Shown in pieces: positions 51,545-62,373 of a stretch of DNA of 64,000 bases. The stretch covers positions 60,719 to 124,718 of the forward strand of contig MCFE01000218.1 of NCBI GenBank assembly GCA_002104905.1. The letters are read 5' to 3'. Numbering within the stretch: position 1 is the stretch's first letter; the number at the start of each line of letters is the position of its first letter. The notes beneath the pieces were generated by a model. It saw only the letters and a list, made by a program, of their open reading frames with translations, made no database searches and was not told the DNA's origin. A program made the position numbers and the translations under genes. The stretch is from Basidiobolus meristosporus CBS 931.73 (taxonomy: Eukaryota; Fungi; Basidiobolomycota).

Positions 51545-52010
51545 TGGGGGGAGGTAATAATCACCAAATGGTGGAATCTTGACTTAAAATCATAAATAAT
51601 GACATCCAGTTGAAACTTTACAGATATCTAGAAAAGTGCATGCTTAAAAGCCAAACTTTTACTTTATTGTTTCCAGAATATCTGCAGATGTTGAAGCAAT
51701 TCAGGGATGTTGTGGGCCCAAAGATTTCACATAATAGTTTAGTGAATGTGAAAGTAGTCTTTTTCCCTTGCATGATCTTAACCAACCAACACACCAAAAT
51801 ATGCTTAAGAAGGTCTTAGTAGTATATGTGCAAAGCCTGGGTGCCTTTGACAGCCATGAGAAGTCTTATGGTCTGGGTAATTCAAAGTTTGGTAATAATT
51901 TTAAATAAATCTCAACAAAGTATTTAGACAAAAAACACCAAGGTTCATACCATATGGTCTAAGTAACTTAATGAGTCAGGAACATAGGTGCAAAGACCAA
52001 ACATGTTACA
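51545..52010 (-). pseudogene. Decayed 3' end of a non-LTR element related to the 60330-64000 family
   Basis: Ends (sense) GATTCCACCATTTGGTGATTATTACCTCCCCCC, the same hairpin plus C-tail architecture; weak similarity to the C-terminus of the RT ORF. Confidence 0.5.
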
Positions 52011-52960
52011 TTCCTACCTACTTAAATATTACATCAGGTCTAATTGAGAACTGCAGTATTCCAATTTGTAACCAACCAATGATACTGTGACTATAAATGC
52101 AACCAATGCATCAGTAGGACAGTAAGCCAAGTGCACAATGCTATCCTACATAGCTTTCTGGATGAAATTATATCAAGTTTCCAAGTGCTTAGGACCACCA
52201 TAAAAAGTTTGACTGATAAATAGCAGTATACATTCTAAATTGCCTTAGAGCATAGTGCTAGGGGTACTTGAAATGCATTTAGGTCTTTCAGGAGCTTTCT
52301 TGATCAAAATGCTGCTTTTGTAGTCTTACAAGCCACCATGTGCTCTACCTCTGTAGTAGAAACAACCATGGCTGATTGTGTACCTAGGCTCTGGGAGATT
52401 ACACCTTTTTACTGAGCTTGGGGTATCCTAAAGTGACAAAATATGATTCAAGTTTGTCCCTAATCCACATCAGAGCTTCACTAAGAATTACATTGTGGAA
52501 TTTTCAGTGTATTTTAGGCAGAAATTAGCGGTTCCTTGATATATTTGTGGACCAACTCAGTAGCTGTTATATATCTAAGATCACAAACTGGCTATTATTG
52601 CCAGACTATTGCAACTATAAACAAGCTACATAGTAATACTTAAGCAAAGTATTTAGCTAGCTGTGAGCTATAGGCCATTAGTGGATATCTGGGCACTCAT
52701 TTGACACATTGCTCTTATGATTTGATGATATCTGGCCAAGTTGAGGTTTGCTCACTGAGTTAACTGCCAGCTGGTAATTATCCACCTGGTGCCTTGAACT
52801 ATGTCTTGAGTCTACTTCAACTGTCTTAAGATAGTAATCTAGGTATCTCTTACTATGGTGATATTGGATCAAAGAGAAGTAGCAAAGCTGTCCCAGATTA
52901 GATAGGCTTGGCAAGTTTGGGAGTATCAATCACTAACAGATGATGATTTTAGTTTGATAA
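52010..52960 (-). pseudogene. Copia RT/RNase H relic
   Basis: GVISQSLGTQSAMVVSTTEVEHMVACKTTKAAF*SRKLLKDL matches the Copia RNase H region; CpG-depleted. Confidence 0.7.
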
Positions 52961-52991
52961 TTAAAAATGAAGAAGTCAAGTGCTACATGTG

Positions 52992-53250
52992 TAAGGGGGG
53001 ATAATAACCACCAAGTGGCAAAATTGGTATTTAAGCCATAAATACTGAAGCCAAGTTGGCACTCAAAATATATTGGGAAAAGTGCAAGTCTATATGACAA
53101 GCCTAGGCTTTGCTGTTACTCTAGTATCCTCAATATCCCAGTTAAGTAGAGAATGGGGAAAAGCTGCTTGGTCAGTATGATATTTCCTGAAGAGGGTTAG
53201 TATAAAATTCACTACAGGTTGTATGCTAACATAATAGGGTAAATGTGCAA
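52992..53250 (-). pseudogene. Short decayed 3' end of a related non-LTR element
   Basis: Ends (sense) TTTGCCACTTGGTGGTTATTATCCCCCCTTA. Confidence 0.45.
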
Positions 53251-54789
53251 TTTTTGGATGTTACCGGTATTACAATGGCAGAACAGTCAGTAATGTGGTC
53301 ACAGTACATGCCCGACATAGGTTTGCAAATAGTTTTTCACCCGTTAGTCAGCTCGGGGCACAAAAAGCAAAGGAGTGGCAAGCGAGAGTGTGGCGGTATT
53401 TCAGTGGAACACAGGGGAGTAGTGCATCTCTATCTTTATGCCAAGTATAAGAGCAGGTAACTGCCACTAATAATCTTGGTAGCACATTAAGCAACCAATT
53501 ATTTCACTACTGTAGCCTTACAATCAACAAACACGTTTACAACAAATCGAGGAATATAATCACGACCAAGGATTCTTGAAATTAATGGAAAGACTGTGCC
53601 ACATTTTCTGGCATGAAACATTGCCTTTCAGAAGCATGTATTCACCACTGCTCATTTCCAAGTTTCACATTGACGAACCTTGGGTTGTCATTCATAGGCT
53701 ACCGGCCAAAGCTGTGACTTACATCGCTTAAGTGCAACACGTATATCATGGCTTTCACCCCAACTAGAATACACATAGCAGCAATCCGTAAACTACTTAA
53801 GAAATTATCCGGGGCCCAGTTCTATCAATACTCTTCAACCGTAAATCCACTAGGTATACAAAACCCATGACCCGTTACTTCTGAGGGTCTCCACCGAAGA
53901 GAGTTTACGGCCAAGGCCTTCGAAGAACAATTCGCTTGTATTCCAATAGGACCAGATTCCGGTTTGTAAACCTCCCGAGGTAAAAACCCTTGCCATGCAT
54001 CACCCTCTACTTGATCAATGCCTCACAAACACTCCACCTGGTGTTTTGAAGGAGTCAGCTACCCTCCAACGGTCCATCGGTCTCTTGCATCCTCAGCATA
54101 TACGCTGTCGAAGTATCAGCTCAGCATATAATATCGTCTAGCAGGATTTCCCAAGCCGCTTTCTGGCACACCAACGTTGCGGTAGCTGGATAAACTTGGT
54201 GACAGAAAAGCCTAAACGCTCAATTTCACATGATTTTTGTTTGTTTAGTTCATGTCGGTCAGCACCATGTTCCACCATCATCCTCATTCATCAATAGCTC
54301 TTGCCCCCCCAAGTTTAAACCACGATCCGTTGTTCCGCCTTTCAACCCCACCCGATATTCCGGTACCGAATCTAGATAATGACGTGAAAACTGTCAAGCA
54401 GGAGTTGGGAAAGTTTCTGATTGGCCTTGGTCTGAAATTCGCAGCAACTTAAGCCCAATCATGACATTCCTACCATTCTCCAACCCAGATAGAATTCCTG
54501 CCAAATGAGGGGTATTACTGAGAATGCATCTAGATCTAGTCCATAGAATTCTCTAATCAGAAGGGATTCGCTCTTTCTGATGTCCCAGTGGTGCAGGAAC
54601 AAACTCTCTTCTGGTGGAAGGAACGCTTGGGTGTAAGATTTGGTACAGTGGGCCTCTTCCAACCGTGGTATATCAGAGTGGAGCCGAATTTCCGTGACTT
54701 GTTAAAGTTGCGGAATAGTGCCCATACCTTCCGTTTTCTTGCGCGTCTCTATATAAACAAGTGATCTGGACTGATAGCTCTAACACACA

Positions 54790-56648
54790 ATGCGGGACGA
54801 ACCTACTGCCATCTTAGCTGAGAAGCAATCAGATCCTTCAGGCCCCTTGAAGCTGGAGGATTTAGAAAAGAACCCATCTAAACCAGAGCTGGAGGTGGAT
54901 GATCCAGCGATTCTACCTTTTGGAAAGCTACTATTGGTCTTTCTGGGCCTTGCAATGGCCGTCCTTTTGGCCGGTCTTGATCAGACAATCGTGGCCACCG
55001 CTCTACCCAAAATCGCATCGGATTTTGGCGCAGTAAACCAGGTCGCTTGGGTGGCTACTGCCTACATGTTGACTGCTACAGCATGCCAGCCTCTCTACGG
55101 AAAGGTGAGTTCCCTCATACAGGGCAACACATTTCATGGTACTAACCAGGTGAACTAGTTTTCGGATATCTTCGGACGTAAAATAGTATTCCTCTTCGCC
55201 ATTATCATCTTTGAGGTGGGCAGCGCGCTATGTGGTGCTTCCAAGAGCATGACCATGCTGATTGTGTCTAGAGCGATCTCGGGAATCGGAGGTGGAGGCA
55301 GTGAGTATTTATCCCTCTCGAACTCTCTTGACGCCTATCTAACCCGCTCTTTTCTCAGTCGAGGGTATGGTCTTCATTATTATCACCGAGATTGTCCCAC
55401 TCCGAGAGCGCGGAAAGTATCAAGGGTTCATCGGCGCTACAGTAAGTCAAACGAGTTGCTGATAGTTGATTATATCGCCGGTTCTAAACCCCGTTGGATC
55501 TATAGTTTGGTATCGCATCTGTTCTGGGCCCATTGCTCGGTGGCATTTTTACCGATGACACTACTTGGAGGTAATCTTGATCCCCTTCCCTCACCCTTGG
55601 TAGATGGCTGACAAACATCTGTCTCTGTAGGTGGTCTTTCTACGTCAACTTGCCAATCGGTGCGCTTACGGTAGTAATCGTTTCTCTGTTCCTGCAACTT
55701 CCTACGCCGACAGGCTCTTTCAAGGAAAAGATCCGGAGAATCGATTTCCTCGGGACGGCGCTGCTTCTAGCATGCATCATCACTCTCTTGTTGCCCACCG
55801 AATGGGGAGGTGGAGATTACCCCTGGAGCTCACCAAGAATCATATCTCTTTACTGTGTTTCGGGGGTACTCTTGATAGCATTTATCGTAGTGGAGTACCG
55901 ATTTGCAGCCGAGCCAATCATCCCTTGTCGGCTGTTTGGCATGCGTAATCCGTTATTCTCCTTCATCGCCCAGTTCTTCTTTGGTATGGCATTCTTTGGA
56001 TTGGTATACTACGTCCCAATGTACTTCCAGGTTGTTCGTGGGGATTCTGCCACCACTTCAGGGCTCCAGATGCTGCCCATGCTGCTTTCCGCTTCACTAT
56101 TCAGTATTGTCTCCGGATTTTTCATCTCGAAGACCGGGGTGATCGTCGTCTGGTGTTGGGTCGGCTCAGCAGTCATGACGGTGGGTGTGGGATTGCTGAC
56201 CATTTGGAATGCCAATACAAGCCATGGGGAGCAAATTGGCTTCTTGATCGTCGTGGGAGCTGGAGCTGGTTGTTGCATTCAGACATTGATCCTGGCTGCC
56301 CAATCAGAAGTGTCTTCTAAAGATATGGGAGTAGTGACAACAATGTCGTCCTTCTTCCGCTCGGTTGGTGGAGTGTTAGGAATCGCCATTTGCGGCTCAA
56401 TATACAACAACCAGCTGGTCACTGGACTGTCCAAGTTGAGCTATAATATCCCAATCCAGGAGGCGACGAATAGCTTCGAATTCATGGATACCCTGCCCGC
56501 AGAAGAACGACTAGCTGTGATGGGGGTGTACGTTCATGTATTACGCACCATCTTTTACATCGCCATTGGGATGTCTGGATTGCTATTCCTGTTTAGCTTG
56601 GGAATTAAATTCATCAGGATGCAGAAGCGCAACTTGGTGCTTGAGTGA
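54790..56648 (+). CDS. MFS drug:H+ antiporter, 14-TMS (DHA2/DHA14 type), 5 exons
   Basis: LAGLDQTIVATALPKIASDF...WVATAYMLT...QPLYGK|FSDIFGRK; RAISGIGGG; RERGKYQG; FYVNLPIG; IDFLG; EPIIP. GT-AG introns near 55104-55158, 55302-55358, 55441-55505, 55571-55630; TATATAAA at about 54749. Confidence 0.95.
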
Positions 56649-57971
56649 TCCTGATCAATACTCCTAATGTATCTTAGCTTATAAATAACTAATATTTCCC
56701 TTGTTCTCTAATTTGTGATGTGATATATATTCATAATGTATTTTGGCTCATAAAAAATTGAAATTTTCCTTTGTGCTGCGAAATATATTTCTTGAGATTT
56801 TTGTGAAGTAGGTTTAGTACTATTGGAAACAAATGTAGGCAGTCTGGATTGATACACGTGGATGCGAATACCCTTCTCGTTGCCTGTGCTATATTCAATC
56901 CTAATACCATCTTTTGTCTAAATGTCATTTGTTTACACGTCTATGATTGTCGCCTCGCTGGAATCTGTATTTGAGGTACTGGTGAGACTTTGCTTGCCTA
57001 GGGTCACACAAGATCAGACCGTAGTCATCGATACAGATGTGGATATTAATGAGCATTTATACATGTTAATACTAGTGCTCACCCATCATAATCAATAGGG
57101 AATATGTATCATACAATAGATATCATACCAGCCTCACTATCATTGTAAGTTATCAAGTCCTCCCATTTCTTCTGTGAACAAGACTATACAAATTGGCATC
57201 AGAAAGAGAAGGTGCAACAGGGATGGGTGGAGGTGCCAGCAAAGATTAAAGGAGGGGATAGAGCTGATCAGGCGCTACTATTCAACCAAACCCTTTACCG
57301 TACAAGTTACCCTACTGTTGTGCATATTCGACATGTGTTCAGTCTGCCATATATTCAGTTAATGGTAGTGAGCAATACCAACATGCAGAATCCATACGCA
57401 ATACGCAACAATTAAGACCCAATTATGTACCGAGCCAATCCTCAGGCTTCTTTCCACAAGTACCAATACAAATTGATGTAGCAGATGTAAATTTTCCATA
57501 ATCAACTTACTGTGCATTTTAGCTGCTCAGGATTGTAGCAGAGTCACTACTTAAGAATATACCACTGCCCAATACTTGCTGATATTGCTTTTGTGAGCTG
57601 GACTGCCTTGCTGTGCTCTAACACTACCCTTGATCTTGTGTTGGCATTGTACATATTTCTGCCACTACATATAAGGCAACCAATAGAATGAATAACTGAT
57701 ATTTACTGGCTTTGGGGTAAAATGCAGTTGTTGGTATATTGGATGTCTTCCATAAGCTCAACATTGCCACATTGAGCATTTTCCATGGGCCCAGTGGAAT
57801 GTGTAACTTTGTCAGAGCATCCTTCAGTGTATTTGGAGCCCACTACTGGTGTGGTGTATGAATCAGCTTGCATGAGCTGCACCACAATAATGGGATAATT
57901 AGAGTCATTGTCTGAGTTGTTGGCACCCTGATGGTTGGTATACTTGGATTCACTGGCTGAACCATCAAATT

Positions 57972-58668
57972 TGTTGTGCATCAACATTTAAAACTTAGCC
58001 AATTTTACTCCGTTTGAAAATCTAGTACCCTAACTGATTTTCCCTAACCCAAACATAACAATCCCCAGTTACAGTTTATTCTATCCCACCTCAGAATCTA
58101 TTTTTAGCTATCACACCTGATCTATTTTCAAATGGTCATTACGTTATCAATCTATCTGCCAAGCCTTCCCAGGTGATTAGTCATCTGAGATCTATCCAAC
58201 CATGGTGCAGTTGCCAAGACATCAGTTGATTGATGATGTAATTTTCATTTATCTTATGCACCTATGAACACCCAAATTGATTTCAATCAATCCAGTCCCT
58301 TGGCACTTACTAATTCAACTTGATCAGAAAAGTATAAATAAAGTTTACTGAACCTTTTGGTTTAGTGTGTGTCTCAACAAAATTAAGATTCTGTCTCTGC
58401 AAAAATAAGAATCCAACAATTCCGTTCTAGTTTCTATCCAAGCCTAGTATATCTAGCACTCCAAAGAACACCAAGCCTAGCCTGCCTAGCAAACAAATAT
58501 CATTGTCTTTATAGCCAACCCAGCTATATCCAAGACCAATATTAGATCAGAATCTTTCTGCTAATATTTCTGCCACTCTCTGACAATTCTAAGATTCTGC
58601 ACTTAATTGTCCCTTTGGTTCAGTCAAACCATTCAAGAGTTTTATTACGCTTTCTCTTGGATACAACA
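57972..58668 (+). repeat. 5' LTR of a Gypsy chromovirus (same family as 77-6120)
   Basis: TGTTG...CAACA, 697 bp, reverse-complement homolog of 77-740; TATAAATA at 58333. Confidence 0.88.
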
Positions 58669-58707
58669 TTTTTTTTGTTGATTCCATTACATTCAGCCAA
58701 TTAGAAG

Positions 58708-60329
58708 ATGTCCTCAGCAGCAGGCAATCCAAACCCTTCCATGTTGGAAGAAGCCAGAAGAAATCAGGAAGAACTTACTGAACAGCTTGAAAACATCATG
58801 CTTGAAAGAAATACCATGATGCTTGAGCACTCAGAGCTTGCCAAAACAAGATCTAATAATCACCATAGAGATGAACTCCTTGAAGTTATATCCGGTTACC
58901 AAGATGTAATTGGAATAATTAAGGAAGCACTGGAGAATATTGCCATAGTAATTGACAGCATTGAAAATCCACCAAGCCTTGCTCTGCATCAGCCACCAAG
59001 AAGTCATGCCTTTGAATCCTCCAGATCTACATCTCCTTCTAGACCTGCCCTGGTGGTTGTCCCAAGATCCTTGCCTGTTTATGCTGAAGGCACCAATGCC
59101 ATCAAGAATCCAACTGAGTTTCTTTACAAGTTTAGTCACGTCTTAGCTGCACACCAGCTAGACCCTGACACCAACTGGGCTAGACTTCCGCCTCTCTGTC
59201 TCACAATGCAAGATGCTGACTGGGTTGAAGTGAACATTCCTTCCAATAGTGCGTGGAAAATTGCCCAAAACCTCTTTTGCAGCCATTTTGAAGATCCTCT
59301 CAAGAAAGCACATCTAAACTGCGACTTATGGAAAACTAAAATGCAAAAAGGTGAATCTGTGCAACACTTCTGTGATAGATTCCAAAGACAAATGAGATTA
59401 GCTGGAGTTAGTGATGATAATCCATTGCTTACTGCTCATTTTCTTTCAAACTTTTCAAACCAGCTACAGAGCAATATTGCTATTGTCAAAGCATGCAACC
59501 CTGCATGTACCTATGACCAGATCTCAGAGATATGTACACTGGCAATCACCTTGACTGCAGCTGTTAGCCAGACTTCAGGCAGCTTGACCCAATATCCCAC
59601 AACAGCCGGAAAAGAGACCAGTCATGTGACCAAGAAGCAGTCAACCACTACTAAGCACTGTGAGCTTCATGGAAAATGCTATCATTCTACCAGTGAATGC
59701 AAAGGCATCACCAAGCAGTCAAACAAGTCAGGAAACACCGTAGAAAAGCAGCAAAACACCAAAACTGATAATCCATATGCTGATGACAAGTGCTTTAAAT
59801 GTGGAAATATGGGACATAGATCACCTGCCTGTCCTGAGAAGAACTCTACACCATCAGCCAAAATTACCCAGATCCTTGATGATCATTCAGCCAATGATAC
59901 AATGGGGTATGAAGAAGCATATGAAGAACTTACAGTTCAAGATTATCACAACCTCTTTGAGTTTCCGGCTAAAATTGCAACTGTTCAAGAAAAGAAGCAA
60001 CCAATCACACAGCTCAAAGCCATAGAAGTGCCACTCACCCTCAATGGCCAATCATACGTAGCACTACTGGATACTGGATCATCCAACTCTATTGTATCAC
60101 CCAATGTAGTCAGAGAACTCAATTTGGAGATAGAAAAACAACCAGAAAAAATCATTCTTGCAGCTAAGGATCTCTCAGCCCCAAGAATTGGCATTACCAA
60201 CTCAATCAACATACATTGTGGCTCAGTAACCATAATCCATCAGATGGAAGTGATTGACATACCAGATGGACCTCAGGTAGTCATTGGTCTGGACACCTTC
60301 ACCAAACTTGGCTTTCACATAGGTGGACT
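58708..60329 (+). CDS. Gypsy gag-protease ORF, intact up to the LINE junction (the ORF runs 9 codons into LINE sequence and stops at 60357)
   Basis: Capsid-like region, CELHGKCYHSTSEC, zinc knuckle CFKCGNMGHRSPAC, aspartic protease LLDTGSSNS; collinear with 3870-5480 until 60329. Confidence 0.9.
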
Positions 60330-60547
60330 TAGGGGGGAGGGAAAGTCACCAAGGTAGGTGAAATCTTTATTTGATTTCAGACAAGTCTAACTACAAATAA
60401 AGAAGCCAGCTGGGAATAGAAGATTCCCAAAGTAAATACTAAGTTGAATATGAATAAATCTAAGCTAAAGTTAAGGCAGTATCCCAGAGTACACTGGAGT
60501 TCAGGTTCATGGGGGAGTGAAGTAGATAAGCTTGAGAGATATAGGGT
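60330..60547 (-). mobile_element. Non-LTR retrotransposon copy C (3'-terminal about 220 bp)
   Basis: Carries the shared tail AATAAAGATTTCACC-loop-GGTGACTTTCCCTCCCCCCTA; the remainder resembles the end of the RT ORF (LLHSPMNLNSSVL). Confidence 0.65.
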
Positions 60548-62373
60548 TAGGGGGAGACAGTCACCAACAGGTGAAATCTTTATTTCAGTTGAAACAAAGA
60601 AGCCAGCGCTACTGTTGTAGCTTTGATACAAGAGTGTGTAGCTGAGGGGAATTTGTAGGTAAGTTAATAAGAAGTGATGATAGTTCTTCAGTGCTCAAGA
60701 CACTGTTGAGTGGGAAGGGGGGTAGCAAGAGAGGTAAGAATGACTTGTGAACAACATTAATGAGGGGAATGTGATAAGGATTGATATTCATCATAAAGGG
60801 AGTGTGCTGCTGCAGATATTGCTGCCAAAGATCTGTCAAGTACTTCAGGTAGGCCAGCTTGGGTTTTTCTGACTGCAGAATAAATTCAGCAAACTTCTTG
60901 ACTTCAGGATCTCCAAGTATAGTTCTCCAGCAGGAGCCAGGTGTTGTGTGGTGTGTTCTCTTCCAGGCCTTAATCAGTGGGTTGTTGCAGTTGTGAAGTC
61001 TGAGGTATAATCTGGTTCTAAGGTAGAGAAGTCTGATCTTATAGGGCATAAACCCAAAAGCACCAAGAATAGCATGTCTGTAGGGGCATTCAGGCAAATG
61101 AGGCACCAAGGAGGTAATGCACCATACTGCAAACTTGTCAAGCTTAGTGCAGTCTCTAGAAGTAAGAGAGAGAAGTGGTAAGCCAAATTCCAGGACAGGG
61201 AAGACAAACTGCTTGAGTAGAAGAAGGCAGCTGGGAGCTGAAGTTGTAGGAGGAGTAACAGCCAGTAGCTTGTGGAGTGCCTGTCTTGCCAGGATAATTC
61301 TCTTCTTCAGGTGTGCTCCAGAGTCTAGTCCAGTAGGAAGGAAAGGAAAGCCAAGATATGTAGCAGAAACCTGAGCAGGTAGAGTGGAGTTCTCCAAGTT
61401 GATGGGAGAGCCCAAAGGTACTGTCTTTGCAATGGAAAGCTGGAGATTATTCTTCTGCAGATACTGGTGGATGGTCTGGGAGTCTTGTTGCACATTGGAG
61501 GAGGATATTCTGATGTCATCATCAAAGAGAGTAACCAGGCAGTCAGCTGAGAGTCTTGGGAAATCATTCAGGAAGATGGCAAACAGTATAGGACCAAGCA
61601 CAGAGCCTTGAGCCACTCCATTAGGAACTGAGAACACAGCTGATTGCTCACTTGGGTGCAGAATTCTTGCTTGTGGATCCAGAAACAGAGACCTGACAAG
61701 GAGGGTGAGAGAGGTACTGGAGAAGCATTGCAACTTGGACCAAAGCAGATTTCTGTCAACTGAATCAAAGGCCTTAGTAATATCAAACAGAACAGAGGGA
61801 TACTTGCTCTGGAGAGAGTGATCTTGGCTAAGTATGACTGCATATTCCAAGGAGAGGCCAGGAACAAAGCCAAACTGTGCAGGATGAAACTTGAGGGAGT
61901 CAGAGTAGAGCTCCTGAGCAAGCAGAAGCTCAAACACCTTTCTGCAGGTGGGCAGCAGAGATATTGGCCTATAGGAGCTAGGATCCAGGTGCTTTCCTTT
62001 ACCCTTGTACAGTGGCAGAACATTTGCAAAGGACCATTCCTCAGGAGTAGAAAGCTGGGCTGAGCATTGCTGAAACAGTGGAAGCAGAAGTGCAGACATG
62101 GCCTTGGTACTAGTCTTCAGAAGCTCATAGGAGATTGTGTCCACACCTGGAGCAGTAGAGTTGGGAAGCCTCTTGAGCACATTATGGATTCTCCTTTGAT
62201 CAAGTGCAAGTGGGATGGGCAGAGTCTTGAAGTCAGGATGAAAGCCAGGAGTTGAGTACTGCTTTGTAGAGAAGAAGATGTTAGCAGCTGTTCTGTTGAA
62301 GGTAACTTCCTGGAAGAGGGCCTCATTGCCCTGTAGAGTCTTGATACTGTTCTTGTTATAGAGTTGGAGATTG
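60548..62373 (-). mobile_element. Non-LTR (LINE-like) retrotransposon copy B, 5' part absent
   Basis: RT ORF 60609-62180, whose frame stays open to the copy A tail; short 3' UTR with the shared tail; no poly(A). Confidence 0.88.
60609..62180 (-). CDS. Non-LTR reverse transcriptase (copy B), at least 523 aa
   Basis: APGVDTISYELLK, SYRPISLLPTCRKVFE, QFGF, FDITKAFDSV, GVAQGSVLGP, LFDDDI, YLG; no stops. Confidence 0.92.
   Translation of the reverse strand: MLKRLPNSTAPGVDTISYELLKTSTKAMSALLLPLFQQCSAQLSTPEEWSFANVLPLYKGKGKHLDPSSYRPISLLPTCRKVFELLLAQELYSDSLKFHPAQFGFVPGLSLEYAVILSQDHSLQSKYPSVLFDITKAFDSVDRNLLWSKLQCFSSTSLTLLVRSLFLDPQARILHPSEQSAVFSVPNGVAQGSVLGPILFAIFLNDFPRLSADCLVTLFDDDIRISSSNVQQDSQTIHQYLQKNNLQLSIAKTVPLGSPINLENSTLPAQVSATYLGFPFLPTGLDSGAHLKKRIILARQALHKLLAVTPPTTSAPSCLLLLKQFVFPVLEFGLPLLSLTSRDCTKLDKFAVWCITSLVPHLPECPYRHAILGAFGFMPYKIRLLYLRTRLYLRLHNCNNPLIKAWKRTHHTTPGSCWRTILGDPEVKKFAEFILQSEKPKLAYLKYLTDLWQQYLQQHTPFMMNINPYHIPLINVVHKSFLPLLLPPFPLNSVLSTEELSSLLINLPTNSPQLHTLVSKLQQ

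Noticed and set aside
34750-57400. Gene island as cargo of a giant transposon (Starship-like)
   Set aside because: No tyrosine recombinase captain or bounding repeats; it contains ordinary intron-bearing housekeeping genes.
57703-57987. 94-aa minus-strand ORF abutting the LTR
   Set aside because: CpG-depleted TE-like context, start codon lies inside the LTR, no recognisable domain.
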